Source of the DNA: Parcubacteria group bacterium
GTDB taxonomy: Bacteria > Patescibacteriota > Patescibacteriia > UBA9934 > GWF2-40-263
Reading direction: 5' to 3'
DNA: 64,000 bases
Assembly (NCBI GenBank): GCA_013204395.1
Contig: JABMNZ010000008.1
Span: 15,014-79,013 of the forward strand
Made by a program: the position numbers and the translations under genes. Below the pieces are notes generated by a model, which worked only from the letters and a program-made list of their open reading frames with translations, was not told the origin of the DNA and ran no database searches. Positions 29,277 to 39,600 of the stretch are shown here, in pieces. Position 1 is the first letter of the stretch. Each line of letters starts with the position of its first letter.

Positions 29277-29546
29277 TTATGCGCTTGTAAGAGCGTTGAG
29301 CCTCTTCATCATTCGTGACTTGTATCGAGCGACTGTGTTTTTCTTCAACACATTCTTTTGAGCTGCCTTATCCATTTTCTTTCCAACAAGCTGTGCGACA
29401 CTTTTTGCCTCCTCAACTTGCTTTGAAGTTATGGCTTTTCGGAGCTTTACTCGTAAAGACTTGATCTCAGCTTTAACAATCTTGTTTCGCTGAGCGTGTT
29501 TGTCGCTCTGTCTAAGAGCCTTCTTTGCATTTTCCAGGTTTGGCAT
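29277..29546 (-). CDS. rpsT: 30S ribosomal protein S20
   Basis: MPNLENAKKALRQ, DKAAQKNVLKKNTVARYKSR. Confidence 0.95.
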   Translation of the reverse strand: MPNLENAKKALRQSDKHAQRNKIVKAEIKSLRVKLRKAITSKQVEEAKSVAQLVGKKMDKAAQKNVLKKNTVARYKSRMMKRLNALTSA

Positions 29547-29722
29547 AGTAAATATGTTTGAGAGAGATAAGTTAGCTGCTGTGCTAACTGAGACGTCGGA
29601 ATTATAGCTGAACTGCTATATATGTCAATCTTTCACGGTGGTCACAATGGAGACCATTCTCAGAACTAATATCTGTGTCGTAAAATACTCTTGTGAATAA
29701 TGGGCACTGTTCCAGGTGTATT

Positions 29723-30838
29723 CTATTCAGAGCTTGGGATAGTTAGTTCTAGAGGGTCCAACTCTTTTCCGGCAGTACCGCCAGTGATTTTGTAGATGTC
29801 CTTATCAACCTTCTTTAGTTCTAATGAAGATGCTGTATATGCACGTACTGTTGTCTCAAGATGCTTCCCTACTCGATTATGGTGATCCTCGTATGCGTTC
29901 ATATGACGCATCAGTTTCTCTGCCTGACTTTGGATGTCCTTTACCGAGTCCTCTATCTGAAGTGCTTTCAGTCCCAGCATTACGGTTTGAAGATAAGCAA
30001 AAAATGATGTTGGCGAGACAATCATCACACCCTTTTCAAAAGCATATTCGATCAGGTTTCTCGTATTCACCTTAACGGTACCTACGTTTTGTGAGATTAG
30101 ATTGTGATAGACACCTTCGGCTGGTACGAACATGAAGGCAAAGTTTGTTGTGCCCATTTCCGGCTGTATGTATTTAGAAGTTTCATCAATCCGCAGTTTT
30201 ACATCGGATTTGAATTCTCTTTCAAGAATTACTCGCCGATCATCATTTGTTTCCTGTGAAACTCTGTTGTAATTTTCAAGGGAAAACTTTGCGTCAATAG
30301 GGACAATCAGATCCTTTACGAACAAGACAGCGTCTGGAATAAGCTTTTGACCTGTTTTTTCATCTGTTCCAAGGTGATACTGCATTTTATAGTGGCCTGG
30401 AGGCAGAACCTGATCTAGCAGTGATTCAAGCCAATATTCACCAAGAATTCCGCGCTGTTTCGGATTTTTAAGTATATTTTCTAGGCTCTGGAGTTGTTTT
30501 GAGAACCCTAGAACTTGTTTATTTGTTTCATCTAATGTTGTTAGTTTTTCTGTTACATCTCTAATTATCCCAGACGTGTGTCTAAAGTGCTTCTGGAGAG
30601 TCGTTGAGGATTCTTGAAGATTTTCTACGAGACGATTGTGGATTGTATCTAGTTTTCCCTCCACTTCTTTTCTTTGGGAGTTAGTGGTTTCCTGAATCTC
30701 TCGTCTTAATTCATTTATATTGTTTAATAGGTCGGCACCATTTGACTCATCTTTTGTTTTAAACTGCTTCACAATCAAATACATCAATGTTATAGCGAGC
30801 AGGATAATTATTAGTGCCAGGAATGTATCAGTAGTCAT
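29723..30838 (-). CDS. rmuC: DNA recombination protein RmuC
   Basis: KQRGILGEYWLE, PD, PIDAKF, FAFMFVPAEG, SPTSF. Confidence 0.92.
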   Translation of the reverse strand: MTTDTFLALIIILLAITLMYLIVKQFKTKDESNGADLLNNINELRREIQETTNSQRKEVEGKLDTIHNRLVENLQESSTTLQKHFRHTSGIIRDVTEKLTTLDETNKQVLGFSKQLQSLENILKNPKQRGILGEYWLESLLDQVLPPGHYKMQYHLGTDEKTGQKLIPDAVLFVKDLIVPIDAKFSLENYNRVSQETNDDRRVILEREFKSDVKLRIDETSKYIQPEMGTTNFAFMFVPAEGVYHNLISQNVGTVKVNTRNLIEYAFEKGVMIVSPTSFFAYLQTVMLGLKALQIEDSVKDIQSQAEKLMRHMNAYEDHHNRVGKHLETTVRAYTASSLELKKVDKDIYKITGGTAGKELDPLELTIPSSE

Positions 30839-30938
30839 ATTTGGCTTTGACGCTAGTAAGTCAGTGACGTATTATTACGTCGCCAAACAAGTATATCACG
30901 CATTTTTACACTGATACTCTTTGGGAATAGTCAACCAT

Positions 30939-31014
30939 GTCCTTGTAGCTCAACAGGATAGAGCGCATCCCTCCTAAGGATGACATGGGGGTTCGAGCCC
31001 CTCCAGGGACACCA
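30939..31014 (+). tRNA. tRNA-Arg(CCT)
   Basis: GTCCTTG/CAGGGAC acceptor, CATCC-CTCCTAA-GGATG arm, CCA. Confidence 0.9.
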
Positions 31015-31045
31015 GGAACCTTCTTTTTCAAAACATAGTTGAGAG

Positions 31046-31061
31046 TGTTTCACATGAAACT
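31046..31061. promoter_or_regulatory. parS-like site
   Basis: TGTTTCACATGAAACT, 14/16 to TGTTTCACGTGAAACA. Confidence 0.5.
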
Positions 31062-31327
31062 ACTCAAAGTGGTCTGTTGGAATGGAAAGGAATTGAATTT
31101 ATGAAAAGACGACAGGAAACTGCCGTTTTTTGTTTATTTGGCAACACAGGGGTAGACAAATGTGCCAGAATGTGGATAACTGCACTTTTACTTGCCTTTT
31201 AAGCACTAATTCTATATAGTACAGTACTTTATGCTTCCTTGAGCACGATTTTATTGCTAAGATTAGCGAATAAATAGATTGACTACATTTAGTATTCATG
31301 GTATACTCTATTTGGTAGAGGTTCTAT

Positions 31328-32233
31328 ATGATATTACGACTTTTCACCTTTGCACTTGTGGGGTTTTTTGTATGCACAGGTTTTGTGCAAGCAGAGATGA
31401 CATCCACAAACTACGAGATTCGGTGGGACACGTTCAGCACCGGTGGTTCTGATACCTCTAGCTCATCCACATATTTGCTCAGAGACTCAGTGGATGGATC
31501 AGGTGCTGCAAGATCATCAAGCTCTAGCTACACCTTGAGTCACGGTTACAGGGAGGGGGTGAATGATCAGGTAATTACATTTGATGTACAGGTTCAGGAT
31601 AGGAGTGATGAACGCTCTGTTTCTACGCTTTCTGGTACGACAATTACCACATCAGTGAGCGGGATCTCTGTATCTGACTATGTGGTTCTCGTTCAAGATA
31701 AGGGAGCTGCTCAGATTGCGGCAGTTGGCAAGGTAATAAGTATTGGAGCATCTTCAATAGTGGTGGACAGCCTCACAAACGGAGGTATTGCACCAACTAT
31801 TGATGGAAGTAACGACTATTTGTACCAAATGGACGCTTCTGCAATTGCTTTAGGGACATTATCATCATCAACATTTAGCACAGGGATTATATCTATGGAG
31901 GTAAGTGCGACAAATGATAACGGCTATGTGGTGCAAATGTTCGAGGATGGGGACATGCGGGCTGGGAGCAATACAATAACTGATGTGTCCGATGGGGCAG
32001 TGACTTTGGGTGCTACGGAGTATGGGGCACGATCATCTGACGTCTCGTTGGCATCAACTACTTTCGATACGGTAGATTCGGCAATCACAACTACTTACCA
32101 GGACGTTGTAACAGAATCTTCAGCAAGTTTTACGAGCAGAAACTTCATTACTGTCAAAGCATCGATTGCTGCAGGAGCAGCTAGTGGTTCGTACGCACAA
32201 ACTCTTTCTTTCATAGCATCAGGGAATTTCTAG
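31328..32233 (+). CDS. Secreted Ser/Thr-rich surface protein, WxL-like C-terminus
   Basis: Signal peptide, MTSTNYEIRWD start, ends GSYAQTLSFIASGNF. Confidence 0.7.
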   Translation: MILRLFTFALVGFFVCTGFVQAEMTSTNYEIRWDTFSTGGSDTSSSSTYLLRDSVDGSGAARSSSSSYTLSHGYREGVNDQVITFDVQVQDRSDERSVSTLSGTTITTSVSGISVSDYVVLVQDKGAAQIAAVGKVISIGASSIVVDSLTNGGIAPTIDGSNDYLYQMDASAIALGTLSSSTFSTGIISMEVSATNDNGYVVQMFEDGDMRAGSNTITDVSDGAVTLGATEYGARSSDVSLASTTFDTVDSAITTTYQDVVTESSASFTSRNFITVKASIAAGAASGSYAQTLSFIASGNF

Positions 32234-32235
32234 AT

Positions 32236-33174
32236 ATGAAGCGACTAGTTCTAACAATTGCATTGTCACTACTAATGCCGGGGATAGTTTCCGCAGCAAG
32301 TGTTTCACCGTCTCTTTTGGAGATCACAGCAGAAAGAGGGGAAACCACTGAGGAATCTATCTCTGTCATTAACACGAGCAGAATTGATAAGACGTATTAC
32401 TTGGACGTCATTGAATTCATTGCCCGTAAGGAAGGAGGGGAACCACAGTTCCTTACATCAGGAGAATCAAATTCCGAACACCTTGGTTGGTTTTCGTTTA
32501 AAACTGACACGGTAATTGTTCCGGCTGAAAGTGTTGGAGAAGTCGTGTTTGATGTAAGTGTTCCTCCAAATGTCCCATCAGGTGGGTACTACGCGGCGGT
32601 TACAATCTCAGAATCACCAGAAGATCTGTTGGCAAGCAATGGCACGATGATTGATGCAAAGATTGCCGTACTTATGCTCATTACCGTTGAAGGTGAGACT
32701 ATCGAGTCTGCACGATTACTGGATTTCATGAGTGATATGTCTGGAGGCTTGTTGTCGACATTGGATCTTGATACTCAATATCGCATTCAAAACCAGGGAA
32801 ATGTACACATTTTTCCAAGCGGGACGATATCAGTCACAGATTTCTTCGGGCGAGCAATTAGTGAAATAGATGCTAACGAAACATTAGGGCGTGTTCTTCC
32901 AGATTCAACACGTGCATACAAGGCATCCATTTCATCTGGAGATCACGTTGGTTGGTATGAGTTAATCAATCATCAGGCACAGTATTTTGCGATCGGTCCA
33001 ATGACGGTAACGCTGGACTTGATGTACGGAAATGATTCACTTCCAATCCAAGCACAATTCTCATTCTGGTTAATTCCGTGGCAGTTAGGGCTTACAGTCA
33101 TCTTATTGGTAGTCCTGCTCCTTCTTGTTTACAAACTTGGTGCTCGTGCATCAAGGAGGACATACAAATCATAA
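32236..33174 (+). CDS. DUF916-like (WxL-interacting) membrane-anchored protein
   Basis: VSPSLLE, VPPNVPSGGYYAAV, IQNQGNVH, C-terminal TM after IPWQ. Confidence 0.7.
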   Translation: MKRLVLTIALSLLMPGIVSAASVSPSLLEITAERGETTEESISVINTSRIDKTYYLDVIEFIARKEGGEPQFLTSGESNSEHLGWFSFKTDTVIVPAESVGEVVFDVSVPPNVPSGGYYAAVTISESPEDLLASNGTMIDAKIAVLMLITVEGETIESARLLDFMSDMSGGLLSTLDLDTQYRIQNQGNVHIFPSGTISVTDFFGRAISEIDANETLGRVLPDSTRAYKASISSGDHVGWYELINHQAQYFAIGPMTVTLDLMYGNDSLPIQAQFSFWLIPWQLGLTVILLVVLLLLVYKLGARASRRTYKS

Positions 33175-33180
33175 ACATGT

Positions 33181-36100
33181 GTGCGTACGATCATCAACGC
33201 AACTCGAAACATCTTATTAGTCGCGGTTCTAGCAACGGCGATTGTTATGGGTGCTTCACAGGTGTCGGCAGCGACGCTTACTGTAGGGAATGATTATTCT
33301 TCGACACTGCAAATTTCCCAGCAGGCGAACCATTCAGTGATCTTTACAACCCCAACAGGTATAGCAGAAGGTGAAACTCTTACGATTACTTTTGCCACAG
33401 CTTTCAACACATCTTCAATCACTGAGGACGATGTCGATATTGCTGACGATGGTGTTGACCTAACAACCAGCTCAACATGTGCGTCTACTGAGCAGGCATC
33501 AGTGTCAATTGCTTCTGATGTAGTGACGATTACTATTTGTGCTGGTGATGGCGGTGCAATTGCAGCAGCCAGCCAGGTTACTGTCGAGATTGGCACGAAC
33601 GCCTCTTCTTCAGGAACGGGTGCAAACAAAGCCACAAATCCATCAGGTGCTGGAACATATTTTGTAACTATAGCTGGAACGTTCAGTGATCGAGGTTCAA
33701 TAGCTCTTCCGATTGGTGGAGACGACAGTATTCCAGTCTCAGTGACGGTTCCTGAGGTGGAGAGTGGTGGTGGTGACACGCTAGAGGATTCAACCGCTCC
33801 ATCAATAAGCGGGTTAGTAGTTTCTTCAATATCATCGACTTCAGCCATTGTTTCGTGGAGTACAGACGAATCAGGGACTTCGGTGGTTAATTACGGACTG
33901 ACAGAATCGCTTGAGCTTGAAAGTTTTTCAGAGAGTGGTTATGCAACATCTCATGTTGTGACGATGACTGGTCTTGTGGAAGGTCAGACATATTACATAA
34001 GTGCTACTTCAGCAGATTCAATTGGAAATTCGGCGACTTCCAGCACAACAGCTTTCACAACCTTGGATCTTACTCCACCTGTACTTTCAGATATTGAAGT
34101 AATCGACATTACTTACGATTCTGCGCGAGTTACTTGGACAACTGATGAGTCTGCGAATAGCATCGTTTCATATGGCGAAACTGATGCATATCTATTGTCT
34201 GCATCTACCAGTGCATTCGTTACTTTGCACAGCGTTCTACTTTCTGGGTTGAGTGAAGGAACTGAATATCATTTTCAAGTTGGTTCAACCGATCAATCTT
34301 CAAACCAAGTTTTTTCAAGTGATGAAACGTTTACGACAGGTGAGAATCTCCCACCATCAAATGTTTCTGGATTGGTAATAGTGAGTGGAATAAGTAAGTT
34401 GTCACTTTCCTGGACGAATCCGACCGACGATGATTTGGCTGGAATTCGCGTGCTGTTTTGTGAAGATGAATATCCTGACAGTCCCACTGATACAGACTGT
34501 TCAATTACAAATTATGGTCTTGTTGAGGAAGCTACGTTATCGGGCTTAACAGCGGGGGTTACGTACTACCTGGGGGTATTTACTTATGATGATGTAGGGC
34601 AGTTTGCTTCTGGCGCGCTTGGAATTGGGTTACCAAGTGCTCCAGAAGAAGAGTTGCCCTCAGAAGAAGATGATTCTGAGGATGAGTCGGATGAAGATAC
34701 TGGCAGCGGAGACGATCCTGTGGATGAGCCCACAGACGATTCTGAGTCAGGTGATTCCGACGAAGGAGGCGATGACGGTGACAGCTCGGACACAGACGGT
34801 TCCACGGACCTGGCGGTTTTTTGTGGAGATGGTGTGTGTTCAGGGTCTGAATCTCAAGCATCGTGTCCAATCGATTGTGCCAGCGATAGTGAGCCAACCT
34901 CCCTGGGTGCGGAGGAAGGTGAGTTGTCAGATGGCGATATCGAATACTTAGTAGCAGATCGATCTATTTCGCTTGAGACCACCAGCTCCGGTGTGGTCGA
35001 AGTACTTCCCACAAGTACGCTAAGCGTTCAGATCCATGCACGTGAGCTGTCTGATAATGTCAGCTCTATACAGCTGTCAATTGGCAGCGAATTGTTCCTA
35101 CTGTCTCTCGATGAGACGCTCGTTCTTTACAACGCAGATGTTACCGTACCAGCCCAATCGGGCATTCAGCAGGTAACCGTTCTCGTTTTATACGATGACG
35201 GCTCCACTGAAACGGTTTCTTCATACCTGCGTGTAGTCACTCCAGGCTACATATATCAGGTCATCGATGGTGAAGAAGTCGCAGTAACAGACGCAAACAT
35301 TACACTCTATGAAGTTGTTGGTGGAGAACAAATTGTTTGGGATGGGTCCCCATACGATCAGTTCAACCCAATAACTGTTAACTCAGATGGAACATTCTCT
35401 TGGTATGTACCAAACGGTACATACATTGTAGAAGTTCAAGCAGAAGGTTTTGAGACTACAAATTCTGGCCAGCTTGTAATCACAAATTCGATTGTGAATC
35501 ATCGCATTGCCATCGCATCGTACGAGCGTGTGCAGGACGAGGATCCAGTTACTGATGCAGAATCTGAGGATGACGAAAAAGAAACTATTACCGTTATTGG
35601 TGTAATTGAGACAATGCTCGATTATAAACCACTTCAGGCGGTAAGGGAGTCCCTCGAAGTAGTTCGAGATCTTCCAGGTGTTGAAGGGGCAGCAGAGGTT
35701 TCTGTCCCCACACTTGCCATTACTGCAGGGGCAAGTGTGGTGATGCTTTCTGTCGCATTCGATTTCCTTCCTTTCCTACAATATCTTTTCACAGCGCCAG
35801 TACTATTTTTCTGGCGTCGACGTAGGAAGAGTTACGGGGTCGTTTATAACGCTATCTCCAAGACTCCAGTAGATCTTGCAGTGGTGCGTCTCTTCAAAGT
35901 CACGGCTCAAGATGAGGCGGCTGGTTTGCCTGGCCGTCTCGTCAAGAGTCGAGTTACAGATAAAGGGGGTAGATATTTCTTCCTGGTTGACCCAGGAAGG
36001 TATCGTATAACAGCTACAAAAGGTGGGTTTCAGTTCCCATCTGAGTACATGGCTGGAGAAAAGACAGACGGTCAGTATCTAGATGTTTACCATCTCGAGC

Positions 36101-36666
36101 CGATCGAAGTTACAGAGGCAAGTGCGGTTATCTCCGCAAATATTCCGCTCGATCCTCTGCAGCAAAGTTCTGCTCAGGCAGCTACTTCGTATAAGAGAGG
36201 TCGGCTTCTACGACACATGCAACACACAGTCGCGTTTGCAGGTGTGATAGCGGCAGTTATCTTCGCAATCATCCGCCCAACACCGTTTTCAGTAGGAATG
36301 ATTGTTATACAGCTCTGTGTGCTCGTTCTTGCAAAGCGTTTGGCACGCCCAAGGAAACCAATTAGCTGGGGAGTTGTTTACGACAAGGGCACTGGAAGAC
36401 CACTATCTAGAGTTGTTACTCGTATCTTTGAGCCAAAGTACAACAAGGTTCTTGAGACTCAAGTGACCGATAGCAAGGGTAGATACTCGTTCATGCTTGG
36501 ACCAAACACGTATTACGCCACCTTCCAAAAAGATGGGTTTCACACAGTCGAGGTTCGTCCAATTGATTACTCTCAGTTAAAGGAGCCAGTTGATTTCTCT
36601 GAGGAGGTTGGACTTGAACCAGACGTCACAGCATCAACACCACCACAGCCACCATCAAATATTTAG
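33181..36666 (+). CDS. Large surface protein with fibronectin-III and carboxypeptidase-regulatory-like domains
   Basis: Repeated W.TDE..S.V.YG FN3-like units, acidic linker, CGDGVC motif, TM segments, VTD.GRY.F domains. Confidence 0.8.
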   Translation: MRTIINATRNILLVAVLATAIVMGASQVSAATLTVGNDYSSTLQISQQANHSVIFTTPTGIAEGETLTITFATAFNTSSITEDDVDIADDGVDLTTSSTCASTEQASVSIASDVVTITICAGDGGAIAAASQVTVEIGTNASSSGTGANKATNPSGAGTYFVTIAGTFSDRGSIALPIGGDDSIPVSVTVPEVESGGGDTLEDSTAPSISGLVVSSISSTSAIVSWSTDESGTSVVNYGLTESLELESFSESGYATSHVVTMTGLVEGQTYYISATSADSIGNSATSSTTAFTTLDLTPPVLSDIEVIDITYDSARVTWTTDESANSIVSYGETDAYLLSASTSAFVTLHSVLLSGLSEGTEYHFQVGSTDQSSNQVFSSDETFTTGENLPPSNVSGLVIVSGISKLSLSWTNPTDDDLAGIRVLFCEDEYPDSPTDTDCSITNYGLVEEATLSGLTAGVTYYLGVFTYDDVGQFASGALGIGLPSAPEEELPSEEDDSEDESDEDTGSGDDPVDEPTDDSESGDSDEGGDDGDSSDTDGSTDLAVFCGDGVCSGSESQASCPIDCASDSEPTSLGAEEGELSDGDIEYLVADRSISLETTSSGVVEVLPTSTLSVQIHARELSDNVSSIQLSIGSELFLLSLDETLVLYNADVTVPAQSGIQQVTVLVLYDDGSTETVSSYLRVVTPGYIYQVIDGEEVAVTDANITLYEVVGGEQIVWDGSPYDQFNPITVNSDGTFSWYVPNGTYIVEVQAEGFETTNSGQLVITNSIVNHRIAIASYERVQDEDPVTDAESEDDEKETITVIGVIETMLDYKPLQAVRESLEVVRDLPGVEGAAEVSVPTLAITAGASVVMLSVAFDFLPFLQYLFTAPVLFFWRRRRKSYGVVYNAISKTPVDLAVVRLFKVTAQDEAAGLPGRLVKSRVTDKGGRYFFLVDPGRYRITATKGGFQFPSEYMAGEKTDGQYLDVYHLEPIEVTEASAVISANIPLDPLQQSSAQAATSYKRGRLLRHMQHTVAFAGVIAAVIFAIIRPTPFSVGMIVIQLCVLVLAKRLARPRKPISWGVVYDKGTGRPLSRVVTRIFEPKYNKVLETQVTDSKGRYSFMLGPNTYYATFQKDGFHTVEVRPIDYSQLKEPVDFSEEVGLEPDVTASTPPQPPSNI

Positions 36667-36673
36667 GAGGAAT

Positions 36674-39600
36674 ATGTTGCTTAAGAGAAGTACACAATTT
36701 GTAACACTCACACTCGTCATCCTTTCTTTGATGGCAGTGTTTGGGGTTGTGTTGTCTGCTGCTCCACCTAATGTGGTTACCTATCAAGGACGAGTTCTTG
36801 ATACTAATGGGGTACCATCAAGCAGCTCTAGCCTCACTATGAAGTTCTTCTTTTATGACGCATCGTCGTCTGGAACATGTCTCTGGTCAAACTCTAGTGC
36901 TGACTGTGATAGTAATACACCAGCCTCAACCACTGGTAGAAGCGTCACCCTAACAACAGGATTGTTTACTCAGAATCTCGGTGATACATCTGATTCTTTC
37001 GCAGCCGTTGCAGATTCTGTGTTTGGCGATAATACATCTGTCTATCTTGAGGTGGACATCGCCGGAGAAACACTCTCTCCAAGAAAGAGGCTTACGGCAG
37101 CACCGTATGCAATTAATGCTCAGCGTCTTGATGGTATAGATTCAACGGGATTTTTAGCCTCAACAGGAGATACGGGAACAGGAATCTTCGATTTCACAGC
37201 AGCAACACTTGCTGGTGCGTCCCCATTCGTATTCGAGGGGACAACAGCAAACGATTTTGAAACAACATTCACGTTCACAGACCCAACAGGTGACAATGTT
37301 TACACATTCAAAGACGGGTCAGGAACAATTGCGTTCACAAGCGACATTTCAGGGACGGGTCTTTGGGAAGATGGTGTGTCTGGTGTATTCGAAGATGATG
37401 AAGCTGTTATTATCGGATCAAATGCCGCATTTACCTATGGTTCTGGTGGCGTGGGAGATTTGCAAGTATTCGATGAACTTGAGGTAATGGGAGACACATT
37501 TATAGACAACGATCTTGTTGTGGGTGCATCGACAAGCTCGACCGAGACTCTTTCCCATACATCTTTTACGCTCGATGGTGATGATCTGTTCGTTGCTGGG
37601 ACATTAGGGGTTGAAGGAGTTGTTTATTCAGATGGAGGGTTTACAGCAAGTACAACAACAACGTTTGGTGCAGGCGCTATTACCACCACAGGCTCGACAG
37701 ACTTAGCTCTGACGATTGCCGGTGGTGATTTGACGTTTGCACAAAACACTACCATTGGTGATGGGGGTGACACCATCGCAATTAGCACATCTGACTGGAA
37801 CATTACAGCAACAGGAAATCTTTCTGGTATTGGGACGATTGCAACAGATGGTGATGCCACACTGGGTGCTGACCTCATAATCTCTTCAGGTGTACGTATC
37901 GGGACAGGATCAACTCCAGCTAGTTTTACTGCTCTAGCAAACGACAGCCTGTTTGTTGAAGGGGCTATAGAGGTAGATGGTGCTGCTCGCTTTGACTCAA
38001 CAATGGATATCAATGGCATTCCTTCCATTGGAGCAGACATTACCTTTAATGCTGCCACCCCAACTATTGTTATTACAAATGGAGAAACATTTGCAATTAC
38101 CGACGGAACAAATACACTTTTTTCTTTGGTGGATGGTGGAACTGGCGGGAACCTAATTCTTACTGGAGATCTCACGATTGCTGGGGATGATTTAACCATG
38201 GACACCAATACAGCGGGCTTTCTCTTGGTAGGTGATGGAACAAATTACAACCCAGTCGATATTAGTGGAGACATAGATTTAGATTCCTCGGGTGTTGCAA
38301 CTGTCCAAGCTAACTCCGTGGCCCTTTCCACAGACACAACTGGTAACTATGTTGCAACCGTTAGTGATGCTGGTAATGGCACCATTACCGTTGGAGGTGC
38401 TGCTGGAGAAGGAACCGTCATTACTCTTGATGCGGTAAACGTGAACTGTAACGATTGTCTAGACTTTGCTGAGCTCTCGGATGCCCTTACCCTAGACGCC
38501 TCCACATCCATAACCATGGATAGCACGGACCAACTTCTTATAACCAATGGAGGTACTGGAGACGTCATCTTCAATCTTTCTTCTACCGGAGACTTTGTTA
38601 TTCAAGATAATGGGACACCAAGCTTTACTGCTTCTGACAATGGAGCGTTTACGTTTGATGGTGCTGTTACATTTAATTCAGCAACCACACATACACTTGC
38701 CACTAGTGAGAGCATTGCGATATCCAATAATACGGCGACGGCAGACACTTTTGATATTTCGGTTACAGCAGCAGGTAATGATGCGCAAGAGATAAACTTC
38801 ACTCTCGGTAATGACGGAGACAATGACACAGTCAATGCCTTGGAGATCAACGTCACGTCTGCCACGACAGGTGAGGAGGATGTTATTCGGGGGTTACATA
38901 TCGCACCACTGTCTTCAGCTGATGCTAGCGTGACAGAACAAGCGCTTGTGATTGGCTCTGGCTGGGATACAAATTTGTTTTTCAATGATACGTCAACAGT
39001 TATTGAATTGGCTGATACTGGCGTAATCACGTGGAGAGAAGCTGGAGGTACTAATACCCTCATGACCCTCACAGATAATGCCAACGTCGGCGACTTGCTC
39101 ATCTCCGGTGATTTCACGATTCAAGGCGACAATCTAGATTCAGCAGGAGCCCCTCTTGTTCTAAATGCTACAGCCGCCGACGAAGTGCGTGTTGGTACAG
39201 GTACTCCTGGGGTGGCGACAGGTGCGGGGGACTTCTATGTCACAAGCGACATAGAAGCTGATGGAAATTTGAATATTGCTGGGTCTGCGACGATTGGAAG
39301 CCTTGTTTGTAATGACTGTTTTGACTTTACTGAGTTTGCTGATGCGCTTGCTTTAGACGCCTCCACATCCATAACCATGGATAGCACGGACCAACTTCTT
39401 GTAACCAATGGAGGTGCTGGAGACGTCATCTTCAACCTTTCTTCTTCTGGTGATTTCGTGATTCAAGATGGGGCTACGCCAATATTTACAGCTGGAGGCG
39501 ATGGCACGTTTACGTTTGATGGTGCCACAACATTTAACACAGATGTGACCTACACCTTAGTTGCGACAGAGAACGTGGCTATTACAAACACATCTGCAGA

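Noticed and set aside
38490-39480. Near-identical repeats with some A/G differences as a DGR template/variable pair
   Set aside because: Both copies are in-frame domain repeats, differences are not limited to adenines, and no reverse transcriptase is in the window
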